Of a stretch of 64,000 nt of DNA, positions 22,421-30,952 are shown in pieces (position 1 is the stretch's first letter; every line of letters begins with the position of its first letter). Position numbers and translations under genes: made by a program. The notes under the pieces are model-generated. The model was not told the origin of the DNA, ran no database searches, and was given only the letters and a program-made list of their open reading frames with translations. Location: positions 133-64,132 of the forward strand of contig CANQEM010000004.1 of the NCBI GenBank assembly GCA_947594935.1. Reading direction: 5' to 3'. Source of the stretch: an uncultured Clostridia bacterium. Its GTDB lineage: Bacteria; Bacillota; Clostridia; TANB77; CAG-508.

Positions 22421-22939
22421 ATGAACCTATATCCAAAAGGGTACTATGAAAAAGTTGAAAATATTAGTATAGAATACTTATTAGAAAACAATATAAAAGT
22501 GCTAATATTAGACGTTGACAATACCTTAATAGACTATTATCAAAATTTGTCAGATACAGTAATTAAATGGGCAAATGAATTAAAAGGGCAAGGAATGAAG
22601 CTATATATCTTATCAAATACAAACAACAAAGAAAAAGTAGAAAAAGTTGCAAACCAGCTAGATATACCATATAAAAATTTTGCATTGAAACCATTAAAGA
22701 GAGGTTTCCTAAAAATACAAAAAGAGTTAAATATTGAACCAGAAAAAATAGCAGTAATTGGAGACCAGCTATTTACAGACATATTAGGTGGTAATAGATG
22801 TAAGATGTTTACAATATTAGTAGACCCAATCAACCCAAAAGATTATTGGTATACTGCTTGGAAAAGACCAATAGAAAATAGAATAAAAACAAAACTAATG
22901 AAAAAATGTAGTGGAAAGGATGAGAAAAAATGTATTTAA
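22421..22939 (+). CDS. YqeG-family HAD-IIIA phosphatase
   Basis: LILDVDNTLI (HAD motif I), ILSNT, GDQLFTDILGGN. Confidence 0.8.
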   Translation: MNLYPKGYYEKVENISIEYLLENNIKVLILDVDNTLIDYYQNLSDTVIKWANELKGQGMKLYILSNTNNKEKVEKVANQLDIPYKNFALKPLKRGFLKIQKELNIEPEKIAVIGDQLFTDILGGNRCKMFTILVDPINPKDYWYTAWKRPIENRIKTKLMKKCSGKDEKKCI

Positions 22940-23679
22940 ATGACATCCATATCGCATATTATGTAATAGCAGTCATTGCATCAATATTTATAGGTCAACT
23001 AGTAGATTGGACTAATAAAAGATTGCCAGAATATAAAAAAGTATTTTCAAAAGATATAATAACAGAATATAAAATAAAATTTAGACCAAACTACTTAATT
23101 ATATTTACTATTGCAATTATATATGTAACTCTAATCTACGTTTGTGGCATAAAACCAACACTAATAGCAAATCTAGATTTAATAAAATATCTAATAATAG
23201 CACCAATGTTAATTTCAGTCTTTGTTATAGATTACAAACATCAAATTATTCCAAACAGATTAAATTTAACTTTACTTGAAATAGGAATTATATTTGCTTT
23301 CCTATATGGCATGTCAGACATTGCAATTACAATAAACTTATTATTAGGAATGTTAGTAGGTGGCGGAATTTTCCTACTTATCACAGTTGTAGGGGCACTA
23401 ATCTATGGAAAAGAAGCCATGGGGTTTGGCGATGTTAAGCTAATGTGCACATTAGGGCTATTGTTTGGAGTGTCTAACATAATCACGATAACACTAATTT
23501 CATTTTTAGTAGGTGCAGTTTTAAGTGTGCTACTACTAATCACTAGAATACGAAAATCTAATGAATATATTCCTTTTGGACCATTTATTGTAATAGGAAC
23601 ATTTATTAGTATGTATGTTCCTTTTGAAACAATTAAAGCAGTTTTAATGCAAATATTTACATTAGGCATGTATAAATAA
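22930..23679 (+). CDS. prepilin peptidase (A24 family)
   Basis: Polytopic membrane protein with GFGDVKLM and IPFGPF motifs. Confidence 0.8.
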   Translation: MYLNDIHIAYYVIAVIASIFIGQLVDWTNKRLPEYKKVFSKDIITEYKIKFRPNYLIIFTIAIIYVTLIYVCGIKPTLIANLDLIKYLIIAPMLISVFVIDYKHQIIPNRLNLTLLEIGIIFAFLYGMSDIAITINLLLGMLVGGGIFLLITVVGALIYGKEAMGFGDVKLMCTLGLLFGVSNIITITLISFLVGAVLSVLLLITRIRKSNEYIPFGPFIVIGTFISMYVPFETIKAVLMQIFTLGMYK

Positions 23680-23695
23680 GAAAGGAACTAAGGAA

Positions 23696-24757
23696 ATGAA
23701 CGAAAAGCTACAATGGTTACGTAATAAAATGAATAGTTTAAATCTACAAGGAATGATTATATCAAACCCAACAAACATAAAATATTTAACAAACATTGAT
23801 GCAGAGGGAACTTTACTTATAACAAGAAAAGAAAATATTTATATAACAGACGGAAGATATATTGAGCATGTTCATAGCATATTAACTTTATATGATGAAA
23901 TTATTGTATATGATGCAAAAGATATTTCAAAAGATGACTATGAAAACTTTTTTATGTTTTGTGAAAATGTTGGTTTTGAAGAGCATTATATCACTTATGC
24001 TACATATAAAGAATATATGATAAAATATAAAATAAATAATTTTGTAGAAACAGAACATATTATTGAAAAGCAGAGAATGATTAAAGATGAAGAAGAATTA
24101 GAAAATATTAAAAAGGCATGTAGTATTACAGACGATTGTTTTAGCTATTTATTAGGATACATCAAGCCAGGTTTAACTGAAAAGCAAATAGCAAAAGAAA
24201 TTGAAGAATATTATAAAACAAGAACAGATGGACTTGCTTTTGAAACTATTGTCGCATCAGGAGAAAACACTTCAAAGCCACATGCAGTTCCAACAGACAG
24301 GAAAATACAAGAAGAAGATATTATTACAATAGACATGGGCTGTAAGGTAAATGGATATTGCTCAGATATGACAAGAACATTTTTTGTTGGAAAAGTGCCA
24401 GAACAAGTTAAGCCAATATATGATTTAGTGTTAAAAAATCAGCTTCAAGTATTAGAAGATTACAAAGAAGGAGCTGTTATTAGGCAAATAACACGAAAAG
24501 TGGAAAATGATTTTAAATTGAATGGCAAACATAATCTAATACACAGTTTAGGACATGGCGTTGGCTTAGATGTTCATGAGCCACCATATATATGTGCTAG
24601 AAACGAGTCAATGTTGAAAGAGAACATGGTTGTTACAAATGAACCAGGAATTTATATATCAGGTAAATTCGGAGTTAGAATTGAAGATACTGTTCAAATT
24701 ACAAAATTTGGATGTATAAAATTAACAAATTCTGAGAAAAATTATATTATAATATAA
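23696..24757 (+). CDS. Xaa-Pro aminopeptidase/dipeptidase (M24 family)
   Basis: DMGCKVNGYCSDMTRTF, HSLGHGVGLDVHEPP, NEPGIY, RIEDTV. Confidence 0.88.
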   Translation: MNEKLQWLRNKMNSLNLQGMIISNPTNIKYLTNIDAEGTLLITRKENIYITDGRYIEHVHSILTLYDEIIVYDAKDISKDDYENFFMFCENVGFEEHYITYATYKEYMIKYKINNFVETEHIIEKQRMIKDEEELENIKKACSITDDCFSYLLGYIKPGLTEKQIAKEIEEYYKTRTDGLAFETIVASGENTSKPHAVPTDRKIQEEDIITIDMGCKVNGYCSDMTRTFFVGKVPEQVKPIYDLVLKNQLQVLEDYKEGAVIRQITRKVENDFKLNGKHNLIHSLGHGVGLDVHEPPYICARNESMLKENMVVTNEPGIYISGKFGVRIEDTVQITKFGCIKLTNSEKNYIII

Positions 24758-24831
24758 CGAAAGTATTGATTTTCTCGCCAATTTGTAGTAAAATAGTATA
24801 TGAATTTATTTAGAAAGGATAGGTAATAGAA

Positions 24832-25398
24832 ATGGCAGGAGTATATTCAGCAGGAGATTTTAGAAACGGAACAACATTTGAAATGGAAGGAAATGTGTTC
24901 AGAGTTGTAGAATTTCAACACGTAAAACCAGGTAAAGGTTCAGCTTTTGTTAGAACAAAATTAAAAAATGTAATCACAGGAGCAACACTTGAAAAAACAT
25001 TTAACCCATCAGATAAATTTCCAGGAGCAGAAATTGAGAAAAAAGCAATGCAATACTTATACAATGATGGCGGGTTATATTATTTTATGGATAATGATAC
25101 TTATGATCAAATTCCATTAAATGAAGAACAATTAGGAGATTGTTTAAAATATTTGAAAGAAAATATGGAAGTAACAATTCTTTCATATAAAGGAAGTATT
25201 TTTGCAGTAGAACCACCTACATTTGTAGAGTTAGCAGTTACATATACAGAACCAGGTTTCAGTGGAAACACAACAACAACATCTGGTAAACCAGCAACAT
25301 TGGAAACAGGCTTAGAACTACAAGTACCACTATTTGTAAACATTGGTGATATATTAAGAATTGATACTAGAACTTGTGAGTATATGGAAAGAATATAG
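24832..25398 (+). CDS. efp: translation elongation factor P
   Basis: [19 protein letters not shown] is canonical EF-P. Confidence 0.95.
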   Translation: MAGVYSAGDFRNGTTFEMEGNVFRVVEFQHVKPGKGSAFVRTKLKNVITGATLEKTFNPSDKFPGAEIEKKAMQYLYNDGGLYYFMDNDTYDQIPLNEEQLGDCLKYLKENMEVTILSYKGSIFAVEPPTFVELAVTYTEPGFSGNTTTTSGKPATLETGLELQVPLFVNIGDILRIDTRTCEYMERI

Positions 25399-25428
25399 AT
25401 GGAATTGTACCAGAAAGGAAAGAAAAAC

Positions 25429-25965
25429 ATGGGAACTTTAAAAGATAGCTATACTAGCTTCTTAAAAGATATTGAAGCAAATATAAAAAACAAAGAAGAC
25501 TTAGACTATGTTAAATTAAGATTTTCAGAGTTTTTAGATATTGTTTTAGATCAATTTGATTACATCATTGATTACCGTAAAGATGAAATAGAAAAAATGG
25601 AGAAAAAACAAAAACAGATGGACATGAAAATGTCTAAAATGGAACAAATTGTTAATCATATAGAAAAAGACATCTATGATACCGAAGATTTTGACTTAGA
25701 AATTGTATGCCCATATTGTGACCATGAATTTGTAGCAGGTGTAGGCGATGATGGTGGGGAGATAGAATGCCCAGAATGTCATAACATCATTGAGCTAGAT
25801 TGGACCGGAGACATCGAAGATGAAGAAGCATGTAGTGAAGATTGCCATTCATGTGGTGGTTGCCATCATGGCGAAGATTTAGATGACTTAGAGGAAGATT
25901 TAGACGAAGACGAATTTGATGACGATGATTTTGATGATGACATTGATGAAGACGAAGATATGTAA
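25429..25965 (+). CDS. zinc-ribbon protein with a strongly acidic C-terminal tail
   Basis: CPYCDHEF...CPECHN plus CSEDCHSCGGCHHG, then a D/E-rich tail. An RBS precedes ATG 25429. Confidence 0.6.
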   Translation: MGTLKDSYTSFLKDIEANIKNKEDLDYVKLRFSEFLDIVLDQFDYIIDYRKDEIEKMEKKQKQMDMKMSKMEQIVNHIEKDIYDTEDFDLEIVCPYCDHEFVAGVGDDGGEIECPECHNIIELDWTGDIEDEEACSEDCHSCGGCHHGEDLDDLEEDLDEDEFDDDDFDDDIDEDEDM

Positions 25966-25966
25966 T

Positions 25967-26542
25967 TTAAAAGAAGTTCATCGGATTTTGGTATTGATTG
26001 TTTATTCTAAAACCAATATGTAAATGAGAACCAGTGGTAGCTCCATTTGTGGGGTTACCTTTTTCATCTTTATAGAAGTTCCCTGGAACACCATAAACAT
26101 TGCGCGGACCGACCAAAGCGATAACTTGCCCTTGCTTTACAATATCACCAACAGAAACCAAAAAATTTGGATCAATGTGGCAATAAGAAACTTTGTAATT
26201 ATCAAAAGATAGAGTAAGTGTGTAGCCACCAGCACCAAGAAAATTTAGAAAAGTGATTTCTCCATCATGTATTGCAATTAGCTTAGTACCTTGTGGAGCT
26301 GGAATATCACAGCCATAATGGTAGCTAGAAGCACCACCAGTTGGAGCATTTCTTTTGCCAAAAGGAGAACTAATTCGTGTATATCCGGGAATAGGCCATA
26401 CAAAGCCATTTGGATTGACATCTAAGATTTCGCCAGAACTATTTAAATTGTCAGCTTGAATAATGGGAATAAAAAAGATAGAAATAAAAAGAATAAAAAG
26501 AAATAGAAAAATAAAAAGTTTAAGAAATAATTTCTGTATAAT
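25967..26542 (-). CDS. secreted M23-family metallopeptidase with a non-canonical start (ATT 26542 or ATA 26539)
   Basis: Own translation upstream of track ORF 25967..26161, same frame with no stop. It gives (I)IQKLFLKLFIFLFLFILFISIFFIPIIQA (a signal peptide), then ...WPIPGYTRISSPFGKR...YHYGCDI...GSHLHIG (M23 HxxxD and HxH). An AGGAGG RBS is present, but there is no ATG, GTG or TTG before the signal peptide. Confidence 0.8.
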   Translation of the reverse strand: MIQKLFLKLFIFLFLFILFISIFFIPIIQADNLNSSGEILDVNPNGFVWPIPGYTRISSPFGKRNAPTGGASSYHYGCDIPAPQGTKLIAIHDGEITFLNFLGAGGYTLTLSFDNYKVSYCHIDPNFLVSVGDIVKQGQVIALVGPRNVYGVPGNFYKDEKGNPTNGATTGSHLHIGFRINNQYQNPMNFF

Positions 26543-26647
26543 ATCACCTCCTAGTAAAAAAAGTTATATCATAGAATAGAGGAGAAATCAAGGAAAACAT
26601 TTCGACAAAATTCGACACAGAAATTGAAAAATAATTTGTAAAATGAC

Positions 26648-26676
26648 TTGAAATCTAGTTATAAATATGTTAAGAT
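26648..26676 (+). promoter_or_regulatory. promoter for tRNA-Trp
   Basis: TTGAAA, a 17-nt spacer, then TAAGAT, about 20 nt upstream of the tRNA. Confidence 0.55.
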
Positions 26677-26696
26677 ATAAAAAGATTTTAATAAAT

Positions 26697-26771
26697 AGGG
26701 GTATAGTGTTAATGGTAGCACATCGGTCTCCAAAACCGCCTGTGAGGGTTCGAATCCTTCTACCCCTGCCA
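26697..26771 (+). tRNA. trnW: tRNA-Trp (anticodon CCA)
   Basis: AGGGGTATAGTGTTAATGGTAGCACATCGGTCTCCAAAACCGCCTGTGAGGGTTCGAATCCTTCTACCCCTGCCA. Acceptor stem AGGGGTA/TACCCCT, T-loop GGTTCGAATCC, anticodon loop CTCCAAA of normal 7-nt size, encoded CCA end. Confidence 0.92.
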
Positions 26772-26776
26772 ATTAC

Positions 26777-26798
26777 AAAAAGCCATACGGCTTTTTTT
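26777..26798 (+). terminator. terminator after tRNA-Trp
   Basis: AAAAGCC-ATAC-GGCTTTT followed by a T-run. Confidence 0.7.
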
Positions 26799-26835
26799 GT
26801 TGTTTTCAATGCTTATTACATCATATGCCACTCTG

Positions 26836-27009
26836 TTATTCTCCAAATATTTTTTTAATTTTCTCTTTGTCTATTATTGTATTGACAGGAACACTTATGC
26901 TTATTTTTTTCTTTTCTTTATTTTCAGCATTTTCTAAGGCAGACAAAAAAGCATAAGTTCTTTTTTTGTCTTTTATAATTATTTCTTTTGAAAAGCTTTT
27001 TGTTGCCAT
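26836..27009 (-). CDS. possible small protein (57 aa)
   Basis: Own translation MATKSFSKEIIIKDKKRTYAFLSALENAENKEKKKISISVPVNTIIDKEKIKKIFGE, with a GGAG 8 nt upstream. It is below the track length cutoff and matches no family. Confidence 0.3.
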   Translation of the reverse strand: MATKSFSKEIIIKDKKRTYAFLSALENAENKEKKKISISVPVNTIIDKEKIKKIFGE

Positions 27010-27166
27010 GCTATCAACTCCTAATTTATAATATGTTCATGTATTATACAGTATTTTTTTATATTTTGCAATATAAAAACCCAAAATTATAACATAATCA
27101 TATTAGAGGAAAGAGTAAAATTAAACGAATTTAACATAATACAAAAAGAAATAAACTATAAAAGTG

Positions 27167-27196
27167 TTGACAATAAATAAAAACAAATGTTAAAAT
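27167..27196 (+). promoter_or_regulatory. candidate promoter for the leader upstream of 27511
   Basis: TTGACA (27167-27172), an 18-nt spacer, and a TG-extended TAAAAT (27191-27196). Confidence 0.5.
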
Positions 27197-27292
27197 AGAA
27201 ACAGAACATAAAAAACAATGTGACTTAACAGAAATTAAACATAGAAAAAGGAACCAAAAACCATGAAAAAAGCTAAAACCATTGAGGCTGTA

Positions 27293-27314
27293 ACACACAC
27301 ACACACACACACAC
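27293..27314. repeat. (AC)11 dinucleotide microsatellite
   Basis: 22 nt of perfect AC repeats, read directly. Confidence 0.98.
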
Positions 27315-27510
27315 AAATACATTTAAATAACATCTTTACAAAAACAGTAAAGCTTTTTAATAATGTAAAAAAAGATTATTTTATAGAAGCATAAGCTATA
27401 AAATAGTCTTTTTGTTATTTTTAAAAAGAAAAAACTAGGAGGTGAATTAAGATGAACAAATTCTATTAAAAAAACAAATAAAATCTTTATAATGAAAGGG
27501 GAAAACAATA

Positions 27511-28599
27511 ATGGAAGAAGAAAAAAAAGAAGTAAAATTTTATAAACAAAAATGGTTTATAATTGTAGCAATAATTGTTGCATTAGTCATAATCTCTCAA
27601 ATAGTTATGGCAATTTCAAAAGGTCAAAAAAGCAAAGAAGAATGGGCAAAAGTTGTACTTTCAGAGTACATACCAGAACCCAAAAAAGGCAATATTGATG
27701 TAATATCAAACTCAAAAGAAAGATTAAGTTTTTATGTTAGAGATATAAAATTTGAATATTATCAAGAATATATGAAACAATGTATCGATATGGGATATGA
27801 CCAAGAAAGTGATAAAGAAGCGGAATCATACACAGCTTTCAACAGTGAAGGATACAAACTAAGATTAAACTTTTATACTGATGAAATAAGTGCGGAATTA
27901 GAAGCACCAGTAGAATTAAATGAAATTAGTTGGCCAACAACAGGTTTAGGAAGCATGTTACCAACACCAACATCTACAAAAGGAAAAATCAATTCAGATA
28001 GTAGTAGCTCATTTTCAGTAAAAATTGGTAACACTTCACTAGATGAATATAATAAATATGTAAAAGCATGTGAAGACAAAGGCTTTAATGTAGATTATAG
28101 CAAACAAGATAACACATATCATGCAAAAAATAGTGAAGGATACAGCTTATATGTATATTATCGTGGAAACAACACTATGGAAATAGATATAAGCAAACCT
28201 TATGAAAGTTCTACAACTACTGAAAACACAACAACTCCAACAACAACTGAACCTGAAAAAGAAACACAATCACCACCAACAACAGAAACAACCCCATCTA
28301 CAACTCCAAGTACACCATCAACAACAAGTACATCAAGTGGAATTAGTGATGAATTCAAAAAATCAATGGAAAGTTATGAAAGCTTTATGAATGAATATGT
28401 AGATTTTATGAAAAAATATAAAGATTCAAATGGAACAGATACGAGCTTACTTGCAGACTATGCAAACTATATGTCAAAATATACACAAGTTTGCAAAGAC
28501 TTTGAAGCATGGGAAGATAAAGAATTAAGTAACGAAGAATTATCATATTACTTAGATGTACAAACAAGAATAAACAAAAAACTTTTAGAAGTAACATAA
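27511..28599 (+). CDS. membrane-anchored surface protein with two repeated domains, a Thr/Pro/Ser-rich linker and a helical C-terminal domain
   Basis: N-terminal TM WFIIVAIIVALVIISQIVMAI. An internal repeat: ...YYQEYMKQCIDMGYD...YTAFNSEGYKLRL versus ...EYNKYVKACEDKGFN...YHAKNSEGYSLYV. TTTENTTTPTTTEPEKETQSPPTTETTPSTTPSTPSTTSTSS linker. Confidence 0.7.
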   Translation: MEEEKKEVKFYKQKWFIIVAIIVALVIISQIVMAISKGQKSKEEWAKVVLSEYIPEPKKGNIDVISNSKERLSFYVRDIKFEYYQEYMKQCIDMGYDQESDKEAESYTAFNSEGYKLRLNFYTDEISAELEAPVELNEISWPTTGLGSMLPTPTSTKGKINSDSSSSFSVKIGNTSLDEYNKYVKACEDKGFNVDYSKQDNTYHAKNSEGYSLYVYYRGNNTMEIDISKPYESSTTTENTTTPTTTEPEKETQSPPTTETTPSTTPSTPSTTSTSSGISDEFKKSMESYESFMNEYVDFMKKYKDSNGTDTSLLADYANYMSKYTQVCKDFEAWEDKELSNEELSYYLDVQTRINKKLLEVT

Positions 28600-28626
28600 A
28601 AAAGGGGCTTAGGCCCTTTTTTTATG
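28598..28626 (+). terminator. rho-independent terminator
   Basis: AAAAGGGGC-TTAG-GCCCTTTTTTT. Confidence 0.75.
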
Positions 28627-28691
28627 TGATAGTATTGCAAATTATTTAAGATTGTGATAAACTTTAATAAATTTATTAAGGGGGAATAAAA

Positions 28692-30074
28692 ATGCTAAAA
28701 TCAATGGATACATTAGTTAGTTTATGTAAAAATAGAGGATACATCTATCCAGGTTCAGAAATATATGGAGGTCTTGCAAACACTTGGGACTATGGTCCAT
28801 TGGGAAATGAACTTAAAAACAATGTAAAAGCAGCATGGAGAAAAAAATTCGTGCAAGAAAGTCCATATAATGTAGGCTTAGACGCCGCAATTTTGATGAA
28901 CCCATCAACATGGGTAGCATCAGGTCATGTAGGTGGATTTTCAGATCCTCTAATTGACTGTAAAGAATGTAAAACTAGGCATAGAGCAGATAAGTTAATT
29001 GAAGAATGGTCACATGAACAAGGCAAAGACATGATTGCAGACGGAATGACAGATAAACAACTAATAGATTATATAAATACAAATAAAATACCATGCCCAA
29101 AATGTGGAAAAACAAATTTTACAGACATTAGAAAATTCAATTTAATGTTTAAAACATTTCAAGGAGTAACAGAAGATACATCAAGCCAAATCTATTTAAG
29201 ACCAGAAACAGCACAAGGAATATTTGTAAACTTTAAAAATGTTATGAGAACAACAAGAAAGAAACTTCCTATGGGAATTGCTCAAATTGGAAAAGCATTT
29301 AGAAATGAAATAACACCAGGAAACTTCACATTTAGAACAAGAGAATTTGAACAAATGGAATTAGAATTTTTCTGCAAACCAGGAACTGATTTAGAGTGGC
29401 ATAAATATTGGAAAGACTATTGCAAAAATTGGCTATTATCACTTGGTATGAAAGAAGAAAACATCAGACTTCGTGACCATAGCAAAGAAGAATTAGTGTT
29501 TTATAGTAAAGCAACAACAGATATTGAATTTGCATTTCCATTTGGTTGGGGAGAATTATGGGGAATTGCAGATAGAACTGATTATGATTTATCACAACAT
29601 ATAAACCATTCAAAACAAGACTTATCATATCAAGACCCAGAAACAAATGAAAAATACGTACCTTATGTAATTGAACCATCTTTGGGTGCAGATAGAGTCG
29701 TTTTAGCTTTCCTTTGCAACAGCTATGACGAAGAAGAAATTGCAGAAGGAGACACAAGAATTGTATTACACTTACATCCAGTATTAGCACCATATAAAGT
29801 GGCAGTTTTACCACTTTCAAAGAAACTATCAGAAAAAGCAGAAGAAGTGTATAGCAATCTTTCAAAAAGCTTTATGTGTGATTATGATGAAACAGGAAGC
29901 ATAGGAAAACGTTATAGGAGAGAAGATGAAATTGGAACACCATATTGTGTAACAATTGATTTTGATACATTAGAAGATAACTCAGTAACAATACGTGACC
30001 GTGATACAATGGAACAAGTTAGAGTAAAAATTGATGAATTAGAAAATTGGATAAGCGAAAAAATAAAATTTTAA
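28692..30074 (+). CDS. glyQS: glycine--tRNA ligase (single-chain GlyQS type)
   Basis: [61 protein letters not shown]. Confidence 0.95.
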   Translation: MLKSMDTLVSLCKNRGYIYPGSEIYGGLANTWDYGPLGNELKNNVKAAWRKKFVQESPYNVGLDAAILMNPSTWVASGHVGGFSDPLIDCKECKTRHRADKLIEEWSHEQGKDMIADGMTDKQLIDYINTNKIPCPKCGKTNFTDIRKFNLMFKTFQGVTEDTSSQIYLRPETAQGIFVNFKNVMRTTRKKLPMGIAQIGKAFRNEITPGNFTFRTREFEQMELEFFCKPGTDLEWHKYWKDYCKNWLLSLGMKEENIRLRDHSKEELVFYSKATTDIEFAFPFGWGELWGIADRTDYDLSQHINHSKQDLSYQDPETNEKYVPYVIEPSLGADRVVLAFLCNSYDEEEIAEGDTRIVLHLHPVLAPYKVAVLPLSKKLSEKAEEVYSNLSKSFMCDYDETGSIGKRYRREDEIGTPYCVTIDFDTLEDNSVTIRDRDTMEQVRVKIDELENWISEKIKF

Positions 30075-30102
30075 AAAAAATTAAAAAAATTAAAACTTTT
30101 GT

Positions 30103-30131
30103 TTGACATTTTTTTGTTTGTATGATACAAT
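30103..30131 (+). promoter_or_regulatory. lexA promoter with overlapping palindromes
   Basis: TTGACA (30103-30108), a 17-nt spacer, TACAAT (30126-30131). The palindromes AAACTTTTGTTT (30093-30104) and TTGTAT-G-ATACAA (30118-30130) overlap the -35 and -10. Confidence 0.6.
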
Positions 30132-30161
30132 GTAAAAAAATCTAGAAATGGAGTGATAGAT

Positions 30162-30812
30162 ATGCCAAGAAAAAGGGAAGAACTAAACAAAAGGGAGAAA
30201 GCAATTTTAAAATTCATTGAAAAACAAATCATGAAAGATGGCTATCCACCATCAGTTAGAGAAATAGGTCAAGCAGTTGATTTAAAATCTACTGCAACTG
30301 TGCATGGTTACTTAGAAAGATTAGAGAAAAAAGGATATATCAAAAAGAAAGATAAAAAAGGAAGAACATTAAGACTACTTAAAGGAAGCACAGGAGAAAC
30401 CAAAACAACATCAAGCAAAGATTTTTACACACAAAGGGAACTAGTAGATGTACCAGTTGTTGGTAAAATCACAGCAGGTATGCCAATTTTAGCAGTTGAA
30501 AATGTAACAGATACTTTCCCAATTCCAATTGACTTCGTAGGAAATTCAGATTGCTTTATGCTAACAGTTAGGGGAGAAAGCATGATTGAAGCTGGGATAT
30601 TAGATGGGGACTATATCTTAGTAAAAAAACAAAATACTGCAAACAATGGAGAAATTGTTGTAGCACTTATAGAAGATGAAGCAACAGTAAAAACATTTTA
30701 TAAAGAAAAAGATCACATTCGCTTACAACCAGAAAATAGCACAATGGACCCAATAATTGTTCCAACATGTGAAATTTTAGGTAAAGTTGGCGGAGTATTT
30801 AGAAAAATGTAA
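30162..30812 (+). CDS. lexA: LexA repressor
   Basis: Winged-HTH N-terminus [10 protein letters not shown]. Self-cleavage domain [11 protein letters not shown] (Ser) and ATVKTF (Lys). Confidence 0.93.
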   Translation: MPRKREELNKREKAILKFIEKQIMKDGYPPSVREIGQAVDLKSTATVHGYLERLEKKGYIKKKDKKGRTLRLLKGSTGETKTTSSKDFYTQRELVDVPVVGKITAGMPILAVENVTDTFPIPIDFVGNSDCFMLTVRGESMIEAGILDGDYILVKKQNTANNGEIVVALIEDEATVKTFYKEKDHIRLQPENSTMDPIIVPTCEILGKVGGVFRKM

Positions 30813-30952
30813 CAATATTAAAAGTGAGGGGGAACTTTTTATAGAGTTCCCTTTTTATGTGTTCACATAAAATTCACAAAGCAAATATTGACAATAAAAT
30901 TGATATAACATATAATTAAAAAATAGGTAAAAAATGATACAGGAGGAGAAAT

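Noticed and set aside
25860-25965. GAT/GAA-rich tract as a DNA repeat element
   Set aside because: It encodes the Asp/Glu-rich tail of the zinc-ribbon protein. This is low-complexity coding sequence, not a mobile or regulatory repeat.
27131-27322. Minus-strand track ORF with a CVCVCVC motif
   Set aside because: It is a translation artefact of the (AC)11 tract in an AT-rich intergenic region, and it has no RBS.
28200-28335. ACA/ACT/CCA-rich tract as a tandem repeat
   Set aside because: It is an imperfect Thr/Pro/Ser linker coding region with no exact repeating unit.
28620-28691. Possible T-box or other leader upstream of glyQS
   Set aside because: The interval is only about 70 nt, and it has neither a T-box sequence nor a terminator hairpin.
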